Part shown: positions 49,840-58,751 of the stretch, one piece after another | How the letters are laid out: each line of letters opens with the position of its first letter | Position numbering within the stretch: the first letter of the stretch is position 1 | Assembly (NCBI GenBank): GCA_049287005.1 | Contig: JBAQEZ010000001.1 | Coordinates: 2,204-66,203 of the forward strand | Direction: 5' to 3' | Length of the DNA stretch: 64,000 nucleotides | From: Candidatus Moraniibacteriota bacterium | Lineage (GTDB): Bacteria > Patescibacteriota > Minisyncoccia > Moranbacterales > UBA1568 | Notes under the pieces: generated by a model | What the model saw: the letters and a program-made list of their open reading frames with translations, nothing else | Database searches by the model: none | Told to the model about the DNA's origin: nothing | Made by a program: the position numbers and the translations under genes

Positions 49840-49868
49840 TTGACAACATCGAATTTACAGTGTATAAT
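49840..49868 (+). promoter_or_regulatory. Perfect-consensus sigma70 promoter TTGACA-17-TATAAT
   Basis: TTGACA at 49840-49845, a 17-nt spacer, TATAAT at 49863-49868; followed by the hairpin CTGGTTGG...CCAACCAG (49871-49897). Confidence 0.7.
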
Positions 49869-49922
49869 GGCTGGTTGGAAAGTTCGTTACCAACCAGCAA
49901 CCACCAGCGAGGAGATTATAGC

Positions 49923-50126
49923 ATGCAGACACAAACCCTGGAACGGCACGCGCTTGTAGCCTTCGTTTTTCTGGTCGCAATGATTTACACCATTGCCTCG
50001 GCAATCAGTGCCACCGGTGGCGGCGATACCTTCGCCAGCGGTCATTGGGCCAACTGGCTTTTCACGAAGGTTCTCGCGGCACACGATTTTTTTTGGTGCT
50101 GCGTAGCCCCAGGGCTGCCTGGCTAG
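49923..50126 (+). CDS. Small hydrophobic peptide ORF (67 aa), first ORF of the mini-operon
   Basis: AGGAG SD 8 nt upstream of the ATG; predicted TM segment ALVAFVFLVAMIYTIASAI; ends in FFWCCVAPGLPG. Confidence 0.4.
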   Translation: MQTQTLERHALVAFVFLVAMIYTIASAISATGGGDTFASGHWANWLFTKVLAAHDFFWCCVAPGLPG

Positions 50127-50149
50127 ATTCCGCCACAAGGGAGAAAATA

Positions 50150-50305
50150 ATGGGGGAAAATGATCCGTCGGGAGCCGACCCCCGAAAGAAGGCTCGGCAC
50201 AACCAGATCCAGGAAAGCCCGAGGGTCACCATGCATCTCCTCTGGGGGTTTCTTATAGGGTCTGCAGTGGCGGCCGCATTCATAGAATGGGTCACTGCCC
50301 TATAG
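50150..50305 (+). CDS. Small peptide ORF (51 aa) with a C-terminal TM segment, second ORF of the mini-operon
   Basis: AAGGGAG SD 7 nt upstream of the ATG; LLWGFLIGSAVAAAFIEWV TM segment. Confidence 0.35.
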   Translation: MGENDPSGADPRKKARHNQIQESPRVTMHLLWGFLIGSAVAAAFIEWVTAL

Positions 50306-50327
50306 AGTCTCACTATCAACCGATCAA

Positions 50328-50357
50328 CCTGACTTCGCACCACGCGGTCAGGTTTTT
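50328..50357 (+). terminator. Intrinsic terminator closing the small '+'-strand unit
   Basis: CCTGAC...GTCAGG hairpin followed by TTTTTCATTTT. Confidence 0.7.
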
Positions 50358-50373
50358 CATTTTCCTCGATTCA

Positions 50374-50772
50374 TTACACCTCATCTTCATAACGGGCGAT
50401 CTCTTCAGAGAGAGACGGTATGGATGGCAAGGCGGAAAATTCACTCGGGTCAATCCATCGATACTCTGAGTGCTCATGAGAAATGTGCACTTCACCACTC
50501 ACATACTCACACAGAAAAGTAATACCTACCTTGAATTCCCCATTATCTTTTCGGAAGGTGAAGACATGAAACGGTTTTCCGACCGTGACAATCAATCCCG
50601 TTTCTTCCAAGATCTCCCGCTTGAGCGCTTCTTGTGGGTTCTCTTCCTGATCGACACCACCACCTGGCGTTTCCCACACTCCCGGCTTGTGATCATCATG
50701 GTCGCTCCGCTTGAGAACGAGTATTCTTCCGTCCTTGTGAATGATCCCCTTCGCTGCCAAATGAAACTGCAT
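50374..50772 (-). CDS. NUDIX hydrolase
   Basis: Nudix box GGGVDQEENPQEALKREILEETGL. Confidence 0.9.
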   Translation of the reverse strand: MQFHLAAKGIIHKDGRILVLKRSDHDDHKPGVWETPGGGVDQEENPQEALKREILEETGLIVTVGKPFHVFTFRKDNGEFKVGITFLCEYVSGEVHISHEHSEYRWIDPSEFSALPSIPSLSEEIARYEDEV

Positions 50773-50779
50773 ATATTTT

Positions 50780-51454
50780 TTAATACGTAATGATCACGAA
50801 CTCCCCTTTTATCTTTTCCGAGTGGTCGGTGAAATATCGCAATGCTTCACTGACGGTGCCGCGAATCACTTCTTCGAATATTTTTGTCAGTTCCCGCCCG
50901 ATGACGACTTTCGTTTCCGGAGCCAGTTCCGACAGAAGCGTCAGATTCTTTATCACACGATGCGGGGATTCGTAATACACGTTCGGCAGATCGCTGGCCG
51001 CAACAGACTTGAAAAAGGTTTCTCTGCCTTTCTTGTGCGGAGGAAATCCTCGGAAAACGAATTCCCGCATATCGATACCGGCGACCGAAACAATCGCCCC
51101 CAACGCTGAAGCTCCAGGAATAGGTATGACCGATACTCCCGCCAGAACGGCAAAGGCTACCAGGCGATTCCCTGGATCGGAGAGTCCCGGTGTTCCGGCA
51201 TCGGAGACGAAGGCAAAACTCTCCCCTTGTCGCAGTCGCTCCACGATCTGCGCAAGTTTCTTCTCATCCGTATGCTCGTGGCAAGAAATCGTCGGCTTCT
51301 TTATTTCATACCGTTTCAAGAGATTTCCCGTCACGCGCGTATCCTCGCACAACACGGCATCCGCCGATCTCAGCGTTTCGAGCGCGCGCAACGTGATATC
51401 AGAAAGGTTTCCGATCGGCGTCGCAACGATAGAGAGGGTTCCTGAATTTTTCAT
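50780..51454 (-). CDS. rsmI: 16S rRNA (cytidine1402-2'-O)-methyltransferase RsmI
   Basis: Tetrapyrrole-methylase fold; LSIVATPIGNLSDIT...LCEDTR N-terminus typical of RsmI. Confidence 0.85.
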   Translation of the reverse strand: MKNSGTLSIVATPIGNLSDITLRALETLRSADAVLCEDTRVTGNLLKRYEIKKPTISCHEHTDEKKLAQIVERLRQGESFAFVSDAGTPGLSDPGNRLVAFAVLAGVSVIPIPGASALGAIVSVAGIDMREFVFRGFPPHKKGRETFFKSVAASDLPNVYYESPHRVIKNLTLLSELAPETKVVIGRELTKIFEEVIRGTVSEALRYFTDHSEKIKGEFVIITY

Positions 51455-51461
51455 AAGTTCT

Positions 51462-52484
51462 TTATCCTTGTCTTTTCACCAAAATATCATCCACGAATAC
51501 GGAGAGCATCATCGTGATCGGTACCGAGAGAACAATGCCGAGCGGACCAGCCAGCTCCGCTCCGATCAGGACGGCCACGATCAGGGCAACAGGATTGAGC
51601 CCCGCCGAATGTTTCATCACTTGCGGAGCGATGATATGTGCTTCTGCCTGATGAGCGATGACGTAAAAAATGAGGGCGGACACGCCCAGAACCGGAGAGA
51701 CGAGCAGTCCGACCAAGATGGCCGGAATGGCCGCAATAACCGGCCCGATATACGGCAGAATTTCCATGATTCCGCCGAAACAAGCGATAGCGAGAGCGTA
51801 GGGCACGCCCAATATCTGCAGTCCGATATAGTATGTGGCGAAGGCGATGAGCATGAGGAGCGCTTGACCCATGAGCCACTGACTCACCTTGCCCTGCATG
51901 CGAGAAACAACGGAAAGCGCTTGCTGGTGATATTCTTTCGGCGTCACGAGCAGAAAAAATTTCTCGATTCCTTTTTCTTCCAAAGACAAATACACCGCCA
52001 AGAAAAAGAAGCCGATAAAATGGATGAAGCTCTGAAACACGCTCACCGTCGTGGAGAGGATATGGGAAAGCCACCCGGCGATATTGGCAGCGATGTTTTG
52101 AGAAAACTGTTCCTTCTGAAAATCAATGCCGAGCGTGCTCAGGTACGTTTGGATACTCGACATCAAGACATCCAGACGTGCCGCATACTCCGGCCAGCTC
52201 CGCAGGAATTCTTTCACTTCCGAGAAAAAAAGCGGGAGGAGTATCGAGAGCAAGGCTATCCCGCCCAGGAACAAGACAGCGTACACGATGATGACGGCGG
52301 CCGTCCGAGACAGCTTCCATTTTTGCAGTCTCACGATGGCCGGAGAAAGAGCGGCGGATGTCAGCACCGCAAAAAGCACCAGGAGCACGACGCTTCGGAT
52401 CAGATACAAAAAATATATTCCCGCGATAACGTAAGCTAAGCGGAATGCGATTTTTGTGCCTATAGCGACACGTTCGTCTGACAT
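51462..52484 (-). CDS. AI-2E family (UPF0118/PerM) transporter
   Basis: 8 TM helices; topology and size typical of AI-2E/YdiK-like permeases. Confidence 0.7.
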   Translation of the reverse strand: MSDERVAIGTKIAFRLAYVIAGIYFLYLIRSVVLLVLFAVLTSAALSPAIVRLQKWKLSRTAAVIIVYAVLFLGGIALLSILLPLFFSEVKEFLRSWPEYAARLDVLMSSIQTYLSTLGIDFQKEQFSQNIAANIAGWLSHILSTTVSVFQSFIHFIGFFFLAVYLSLEEKGIEKFFLLVTPKEYHQQALSVVSRMQGKVSQWLMGQALLMLIAFATYYIGLQILGVPYALAIACFGGIMEILPYIGPVIAAIPAILVGLLVSPVLGVSALIFYVIAHQAEAHIIAPQVMKHSAGLNPVALIVAVLIGAELAGPLGIVLSVPITMMLSVFVDDILVKRQG

Positions 52485-52498
52485 ATGAGTCCTCCGCT

Positions 52499-53767
52499 TT
52501 ACAAATTGACGATCTTCAAAAGCTCTGACTGATGAACATGCGGACCGATAACCGCCAAATTCAATTTCTTATTCTGAAAAATATCCCGAGCGACACGGAT
52601 GACATCCGCGGCCGTCACGCGATCGACGCGCTTCCTTTTTTCCTCGAGGGTCGTGATTTCTCCGTAGAGCGTTTCTTGGGTCACTACATATTCGACGACA
52701 TCATCCGATCCTTCGAAGCCCATCGCCAGTTTCCCTTTGATATATTCCTTGGCTTTGGAAAGTTCGTCGGGAGCGACTTTTTCCGTCGCGATGCGCTTGT
52801 ATTCATCGAGGATGACCGTGATAGTTTTTTCCAAGTTCTCGTGCTCCACGCCGCACTGTGTGGCGAGATAGCCGGCGTCATGATAATTCTCGCCGGAAGT
52901 ATGGACACTGTAGGCCAGGCCACGCCGCTCTCTCACTGCTATAAACAGTCGGCTCGACATCCCGCCGCCCAAAAGCGTCGCGATGACCGAGAGCACGTAG
53001 CGATCCTTGTGCCGCATATCATACGTCCGTACACCGAGCAGCATATGCGTCTGATCGGTTTTCTTGTGCTGGAGGAACACCCCTGGGCTCTTCTGTTTTT
53101 CCACGATTTTCTTGAAAACTGGCTTCTTGCCTGTCCGAATATGCTTGAAACGCTTCAGGATCTCTTTTTTCATCTTTGCTGCATCCATCTTGCCCGCCAC
53201 GCCGATCACGACATTGCCCGCCACATATCCACGAGACAGATACTTGATGAAGTCGCTTCGCTGGAACCCCTTGATATTATCCTTGGTGCCGATGATTTCC
53301 CAGCCGAGCGGATGATCGCCGTAGAGGTGCATCTCCCACAGGTCGCCGAGATGGCGCATGGGAGCGTCCTCGAACATATTGAGTTCTTGGAGAATCGGCC
53401 CGCGCTCGCGGTCAATCTCTTCTTGCTCGATTTTCGCATGCAGGAAAATATCGGAAACCACATCCAAAGCCGTCTCCCAGTGATGCGCTTCTACTTTCGC
53501 ATAATACGCCGTGCGGTCTTTGCCGGTATAGGCATTGTATTCCGCTCCGATGGCATCCAGCTCCTTGGAAATATCCATCGCCGTCGGGCGTTTCTCGGTT
53601 CCCTTGAAAAACATATGCTCAAGAAAATGCGCCAGCCCATTCTCCTTGCGTGTCTCATAGCGCGATCCGACACCGGTCATCACCATCACGGTTACCGTTT
53701 CCGTTTCGTGCATCGGTGCCAGCACGATTCTCAGTCCATTCTTCAAAGTGTGTTTCTTGAATTTCAT
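52499..53767 (-). CDS. M16-family zinc peptidase (pitrilysin-like)
   Basis: Inverted zincin motif HFLEHMFFKGT near the N-terminus; ~420 aa. Confidence 0.85.
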   Translation of the reverse strand: MKFKKHTLKNGLRIVLAPMHETETVTVMVMTGVGSRYETRKENGLAHFLEHMFFKGTEKRPTAMDISKELDAIGAEYNAYTGKDRTAYYAKVEAHHWETALDVVSDIFLHAKIEQEEIDRERGPILQELNMFEDAPMRHLGDLWEMHLYGDHPLGWEIIGTKDNIKGFQRSDFIKYLSRGYVAGNVVIGVAGKMDAAKMKKEILKRFKHIRTGKKPVFKKIVEKQKSPGVFLQHKKTDQTHMLLGVRTYDMRHKDRYVLSVIATLLGGGMSSRLFIAVRERRGLAYSVHTSGENYHDAGYLATQCGVEHENLEKTITVILDEYKRIATEKVAPDELSKAKEYIKGKLAMGFEGSDDVVEYVVTQETLYGEITTLEEKRKRVDRVTAADVIRVARDIFQNKKLNLAVIGPHVHQSELLKIVNL

Positions 53768-53768
53768 A

Positions 53769-55160
53769 TTATATGAGTTTTTCTTGAAAATAATGCTTGA
53801 GCTCCTCAATCTTCACCCGCACCTGCTCCATGGTATCGCGGTCGCGAACCGTGACGGCACTGTCCTCGAGAGAATCGAAGTCGACGGTGACACAATACGG
53901 CGTTCCGATTTCATCCTGGCGACGATAGCGCTTACCGACATTCCCATTGTCATCGAACTCAACACGAAAATTTTTCTTCAATTCCATAAATATGCCGCGC
54001 GCTTTCTCCACCAGCTCAGGCTTGTTTTTCATGAGTGGGAACACCGCTATCTGTACCGGTGCCAGTCTCTTCGGGAATTTAAGCACGATACGCAGGTCAT
54101 TTTCCCCGACTGTTTCTTCGGTATAGGCATCCGTCATGACCGCAAGGAAAGTGCGCTCCACACCGACGGATGCTTCCACGATCCACGGAGTGTATTTTTC
54201 TCCCGTCTGCGGATCACGGTAGGAGAGATCCACGCCCGAAAACTTGGTATGCTGCGTCAAATCATAGTCGCTGCGATTGTGTACGCCTTCCAGTTCCTTG
54301 AATCCGAATGGGAAACGGTACTCGATATCCCAAGCCGCCTTCGCGTAAAAAACCAAATTTTCGTGTTGATGCCACCGTAAGTTTTCTTTTTTGATGCCGA
54401 GGTCGACATAATATTGGAAACGCTTCTGCCGCCATTCTTCATAGGCTGCCGCTGCCTCTGTTGGATGCACGAAATACTGCATCTCCATCTGTTCGAATTC
54501 ACGCTTGCGGAAAATGAACTGCCGAGCCGTAATCTCATTGCGGAAAGCCTTGCCAATCTGAGCGATACCGAAGGGTACCTTCACGCGACTCGAGTCCAAC
54601 ACATTTTTGAAGTTGACATAGATCCCCTGGCACGTCTCGCCACGCAAATACGTCGGATTCTCGTTCCAGTCACCCGCGAAATTGCCGAGATTCGACTGTA
54701 CCAAGAGATTGAAATTCTTGGCCTCGGTAAAATCCTTCTTACCGCACTTGGGACAGATAACTTTTTCCCTGTTCTCTGCAAAAAGTGTATTGATTTCTGT
54801 TTCCGTCATTTTTTCGTCGGCAAACACCCCTCTCTCTTCGAGCAAATGATCGACGCGTACTCTCGTGTGGCACTGGCGGCACTCTGCCAGAGGATCAGAA
54901 AACCCTCCCACATGACCCGAGGCTTCCCATACTTTCGGATGCATGAAAATGGCGCTATCGAGGCCGACGATATTGTCGTGATCCCGCACCATAGCCGTCC
55001 ACCACGCCTCACGGATGTTTTTGGCCAGCTCTACCCCATACGGTCCGAAGTCATAGACCGCCGCAAAGCCGCCGTAAATTTCTGACGAAGGGAACACGAA
55101 CCCGCGTCGTTTGCAGAGCGACACTATTTTTTCCATAAGATCATTTTTTTCTTCGGACAT
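53769..55160 (-). CDS. glyQS: Glycyl-tRNA synthetase, alpha2 dimeric type
   Basis: Class II motifs and eukaryote/archaeal-type GlyRS architecture; 463 aa. Confidence 0.93.
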   Translation of the reverse strand: MSEEKNDLMEKIVSLCKRRGFVFPSSEIYGGFAAVYDFGPYGVELAKNIREAWWTAMVRDHDNIVGLDSAIFMHPKVWEASGHVGGFSDPLAECRQCHTRVRVDHLLEERGVFADEKMTETEINTLFAENREKVICPKCGKKDFTEAKNFNLLVQSNLGNFAGDWNENPTYLRGETCQGIYVNFKNVLDSSRVKVPFGIAQIGKAFRNEITARQFIFRKREFEQMEMQYFVHPTEAAAAYEEWRQKRFQYYVDLGIKKENLRWHQHENLVFYAKAAWDIEYRFPFGFKELEGVHNRSDYDLTQHTKFSGVDLSYRDPQTGEKYTPWIVEASVGVERTFLAVMTDAYTEETVGENDLRIVLKFPKRLAPVQIAVFPLMKNKPELVEKARGIFMELKKNFRVEFDDNGNVGKRYRRQDEIGTPYCVTVDFDSLEDSAVTVRDRDTMEQVRVKIEELKHYFQEKLI

Positions 55161-55195
55161 ATGAGAAGGTAAGGAAATTACATTTTTTTGCTTTA

Positions 55196-55224
55196 TTGAC
55201 AGCGCTTGGTACCCGTAGTATAAC
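55196..55224 (+). promoter_or_regulatory. Near-consensus sigma70 promoter TTGACA-17-TATAAC
   Basis: TTGACA at 55196-55201, a 17-nt spacer, TATAAC at 55219-55224; divergent from glyQS. Confidence 0.6.
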
Positions 55225-55318
55225 TCGAAACAGTACCTTCAACAATCGGAGCGATGAGGGATTATAGCCCCTTTCCGGTTTTTCTTCAACCCGCCGCCTT
55301 ATTGGAGACAAGCATATC

Positions 55319-55462
55319 ATGGAAAGGATCCTCGCATTCGTCGTTGAAAACATCTTCATCGTTGTCATCCCGGCGGCGTTCATCAGCGCCGCTATCGCCC
55401 ACCATTGGCCAGTCATGGGCCACCATCGCCAGCCTTCTCACCGCGATGAGGAAGCCTGCTGA
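55319..55462 (+). CDS. 47-aa hydrophobic peptide ORF (MERILAFVVENIFIVVIPAAFISAAIAHHWPVMGHHRQPSHRDEEAC)
   Basis: Lies between the promoter and the terminator; GGAGA 10 nt upstream; one TM helix plus a His-rich tail. It is below the 60-aa cutoff of the ORF track. Confidence 0.35.
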   Translation: MERILAFVVENIFIVVIPAAFISAAIAHHWPVMGHHRQPSHRDEEAC

Positions 55463-55494
55463 GTCCCTGAAACAGGGAGAAGCTCCCAACCTCC

Positions 55495-55528
55495 GACGCT
55501 GTCACGCCCGACAGCGTCGTCTTTTTTT
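55495..55528 (+). terminator. Intrinsic terminator closing the second small '+'-strand unit
   Basis: GACGCTGTC-ACGCCC-GACAGCGTC perfect 9-bp stem followed by GTCTTTTTTT. Confidence 0.75.
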
Positions 55529-55546
55529 GTCCGTGATAACATGCGG

Positions 55547-56695
55547 TTATGCACGCAAACGCTCCATAAGACGCATATAGAAACGCAGGTTATGCAGCGA
55601 AGCGAGGCGCAGAGCCAACGGATCCCCCACTTTGAAGAGATGCTTCAGATACGCCCGCGTATGATTCCGACACAACTCACAATCACACGTCGGATCCACG
55701 GGCGCAAAATCTTCCTTGAACTGCTCGTTATTGATATTGATAGTTTTATAGAAAGAATCGAATTGTGAATTTTGAATTTTGATTGAATTTTGAGGTTCTA
55801 ATTGAGATTGTTCGTTCCAAATGAACAAACGGCCGTGCCGTCCCTCGCGCGTCGGTATTACGCAGTCGAACATATCCCACCCGACCCGATGACACCGGAC
55901 GATGTCGTCCGGCGTCCCGATGCCGAGAGCGAATCGCGCGCTCTCCTCCGGAAGAAGCGAGGCGGTGTAACGGACAATATCCTCCAAAAAATTTCCCTCA
56001 TCGTCGATGTGCCGGCCACCGAAGCCATAGCCGTCGAAACCGATTGCCACCAATCCTTCCGCGCAGTGTCTGCGTTGCTCCCGGAACATCCCGCCCTGCA
56101 CCACGCCGAAAAGCAGCGGACGCATCGCTTCTCTCAACCCGCGGGACGCGACCTGTTGTTCATATTCTCTTCGCGAACGTTCTGCCCAACGCAAAGTCCG
56201 TTCCACCGCTTCGGCGACTTCCGTTTCCGGAGCGCTATTGGGCCGCGGGTCATCCAGAACGACCATCATGTCCACACCGAGATCGAACTGGATCTGTATG
56301 GCGCGCTCCGGCGTCAACAGATGTTTCGACCCATCGAGTACCGAACGGAATTCCGCGCCCTCCTCCGTAATCCGCCCCAATTCCGGATTCCTATGAATGA
56401 GCGAGTACACCTGATAGCCGCCCGAATCGGAAAGGATCGGCTTATCCCAATGCATGAACGCATGGACGCCGCCGGCCCGTTTCACGAGATTTTCTCCCGG
56501 CTGCAAAAGAAGATGATAGGTATTGACGACTAATGCACCAATGCCAGCTTTTCCCAAATCCCCGCTCGATACTCCTCGTACCGCCGCGCGGGTGGCATCC
56601 GGCATGAAAAAGGGAGTGCACATACTCCCTGATTTCGTGGCCAGCACGCCCGTACGCCGCCCGCCGATATTTTGTTGTTGTTTCCACGCGGACAT
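55547..56695 (-). CDS. tgt: Queuine tRNA-ribosyltransferase
   Basis: Catalytic region LSDSGGYQV and a C-terminal Zn site CDCELCRNH...H. Confidence 0.93.
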   Translation of the reverse strand: MSAWKQQQNIGGRRTGVLATKSGSMCTPFFMPDATRAAVRGVSSGDLGKAGIGALVVNTYHLLLQPGENLVKRAGGVHAFMHWDKPILSDSGGYQVYSLIHRNPELGRITEEGAEFRSVLDGSKHLLTPERAIQIQFDLGVDMMVVLDDPRPNSAPETEVAEAVERTLRWAERSRREYEQQVASRGLREAMRPLLFGVVQGGMFREQRRHCAEGLVAIGFDGYGFGGRHIDDEGNFLEDIVRYTASLLPEESARFALGIGTPDDIVRCHRVGWDMFDCVIPTREGRHGRLFIWNEQSQLEPQNSIKIQNSQFDSFYKTININNEQFKEDFAPVDPTCDCELCRNHTRAYLKHLFKVGDPLALRLASLHNLRFYMRLMERLRA

Positions 56696-56723
56696 ACTTC
56701 AGTGCTTTCTAGCTCTGCCTGCT

Positions 56724-58721
56724 CTATTCTGCTGCCTGCACCATACTCGCTCCCTCACTGGCGCCATACACAGCGTCATTTTTGAGAATATTCTCTTGTT
56801 TCTCCCCTTCGGTACGGACATCCTGATTGGTAAATGCGTCTTTGGCAATAAAAACGATGTTCTTGATCAGTGTCAGAGTTTTGTTCACTTGATCTGGGCT
56901 CGGGATAACGGACACCTGAAACACCAATTCACGCGCCTTCCCCTCTGTTGCGGCAAACGTTCCCAATTCCCAGACGAGTTCGTTGCTCCGCTCATTGAAC
57001 GTCAGTGTTTCTCCGCCCGGAGCATGCTTGCCACTGTAATGGACGCCCGTTGGCAGGATGACTGAAATGCGCGCATCTTTGAGATCATTCAAAGAATTGG
57101 TGACGTTCAAATGTACCGTATAACTGGTTGTTTGTCCAACCTTGGGCGGTATGGGTCCGCTATTCGGGAAAATGGCATCCGTATATAGCGCTGCCGTGCC
57201 GATACCCACAGCGGACTTCAATTTTACCGAGAGCGTGTTACTGGCGATAATTTTATTGGCACCGCTTGGCGTCTGTATATCGAGACTATCGATTTTGGCA
57301 ACGGTGCTGATGGAAAGATTTTTCCCGCTGCCGGCAGCGATCTTTTCCATTACAGGCACAGAAAAAGTGACCTCACCTTCTGCCCCCGGTTCCAATTTCC
57401 CAAGTCCTGGGATGTCTGATGCCTTCCAAACGATCACTTTGCGCGCTACGTCATAAGCGCCCTTTTGCAACACGAAGCGGCTCACATCCAGAAACGTCGG
57501 ATCGATCTCGACTGTGATGATGGCATCGCGCAAACCGATATTCCCGTCATTCTTATAATGGATAACGTATTGCAGCATATCGCCAGGACTGACAGCGATG
57601 TCAGTCAAACTATTGACGGTTTGAGAAATAGAAAGCGGTGAAGCGACGATACGAGTCTGCCGCTCATTGTCCGCATACGCGACAAATTTTCCGTCACCCT
57701 GAAAAAAACCGATCATTCCGCCGACTCGCTTATACTCATCCCGCGTACCGGTCAGTATGCCCTGAATCGTGATCTTCCCCCTAGCGTTGATATCGAGGTT
57801 GCCTACATACCACACGGTCTCTCCTTCGGACGGTTTTGGGTCAGCGCTCACGAAACGGAATCCCTCAGGATAGACGGCTTTGACGCGCACATTGGAAAAC
57901 GCCATATCGCTCTTGTTGCTATAATCGATGACATACACGGCGGATTGACCGGTCGCCAGTTCCAAAGGCGCCGTCATTTCCAGGAAAAGCGGCGAAGAGG
58001 CAACTGTCACGGCGAAGGGCGTCGTTTTTTCCAGCACGGTCGAAACTTTGCTCGGCGAATACCGGAGCGTCGCTTGCAGTGTCAAATGATCCCCCCTGGA
58101 GCCATAAAACTTTCCTTTCACGGATACTTTTCCTTGGGCATGAGCCGCTATCGTTCCCAGAGAAATTTCTGCCAACGATCCGCTCACGCGCATCGTATTT
58201 TCGGCTTCCAGATGGAATGCCGCCGGATAAGTCAAAATCAATGAGGCGTCATCAAGCCCAGCCAAATTGTCGTTAGTATACGTGACAACGAAAGTGGTCT
58301 CTTCGACACTGGCGACATCTTTGGGCCCTGAGATGGACACCGAAACACGATCTTCAGCAAAAAGCATCCCGCGTATTTTCATAACCGCTCCTCCCAAGAG
58401 AACGATAAGAGCCAATCCTCCCAGAAAAAGAGCGATTCTTTTCCTCCGTTTCAGCGTGGTGAGATCTGCAAACCGAATTCCTGGTTCAGCAGCTGGAGGC
58501 TGTTTGGCAACCGGCGCCTGCCATGTTTCTTGTTTTTGAAACTGCGCTGTGACGCTCGGATCAGCGATACCCTGTTTCGGATCAAAGGCATTCTGCTTCT
58601 CCGCGCGACCGAGATGGATATCGCGGCCGTACAATTTTTCATTCAGATCTTCAAGCGCCATAGGAGTATTCCGTATTGATTTTTGTACACGTATTTTACC
58701 AAATGCAAGCCTTTTCCACAA
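56724..58721 (-). CDS. Membrane-anchored protein with repeated Ig-like (DUF11/CARDB-like) domains
   Basis: One TM helix near the N-terminus (IALFLGGLALIVLLGGAV), followed by ~550 aa of beta-rich repeat domains. Confidence 0.55.
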   Translation of the reverse strand: MWKRLAFGKIRVQKSIRNTPMALEDLNEKLYGRDIHLGRAEKQNAFDPKQGIADPSVTAQFQKQETWQAPVAKQPPAAEPGIRFADLTTLKRRKRIALFLGGLALIVLLGGAVMKIRGMLFAEDRVSVSISGPKDVASVEETTFVVTYTNDNLAGLDDASLILTYPAAFHLEAENTMRVSGSLAEISLGTIAAHAQGKVSVKGKFYGSRGDHLTLQATLRYSPSKVSTVLEKTTPFAVTVASSPLFLEMTAPLELATGQSAVYVIDYSNKSDMAFSNVRVKAVYPEGFRFVSADPKPSEGETVWYVGNLDINARGKITIQGILTGTRDEYKRVGGMIGFFQGDGKFVAYADNERQTRIVASPLSISQTVNSLTDIAVSPGDMLQYVIHYKNDGNIGLRDAIITVEIDPTFLDVSRFVLQKGAYDVARKVIVWKASDIPGLGKLEPGAEGEVTFSVPVMEKIAAGSGKNLSISTVAKIDSLDIQTPSGANKIIASNTLSVKLKSAVGIGTAALYTDAIFPNSGPIPPKVGQTTSYTVHLNVTNSLNDLKDARISVILPTGVHYSGKHAPGGETLTFNERSNELVWELGTFAATEGKARELVFQVSVIPSPDQVNKTLTLIKNIVFIAKDAFTNQDVRTEGEKQENILKNDAVYGASEGASMVQAAE

Positions 58722-58751
58722 ACGAAAGCACGGGCGTATCGCATGTGACAG

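Noticed and set aside
49870-50357. Possibility that the promoter-terminator unit is RNase P RNA, SRP RNA or tmRNA
   Set aside because: It contains an AGGAAAGCCCGAGGG segment loosely like the RNase P P4 strand (AGGAAAGUCCGGGCUCC) and a CCAGGAAAG segment loosely like the SRP domain IV. However, the motifs are in the wrong position and order, there is no complementary P4 3' strand, no tmRNA tRNA-like 3' end and no GNRA-closed SRP helix. I cannot run a covariance model here, so this stays an open alternative in the finding rather than a feature call.
53769-55546. T-box leaders upstream of glyQS, metG, leuS and thrS
   Set aside because: No GGTGGTACC core on the correct strand upstream of any of them. 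Upstream spacers are either too short (thrS, leuS, metG) or occupied by the divergent '+'-strand units.
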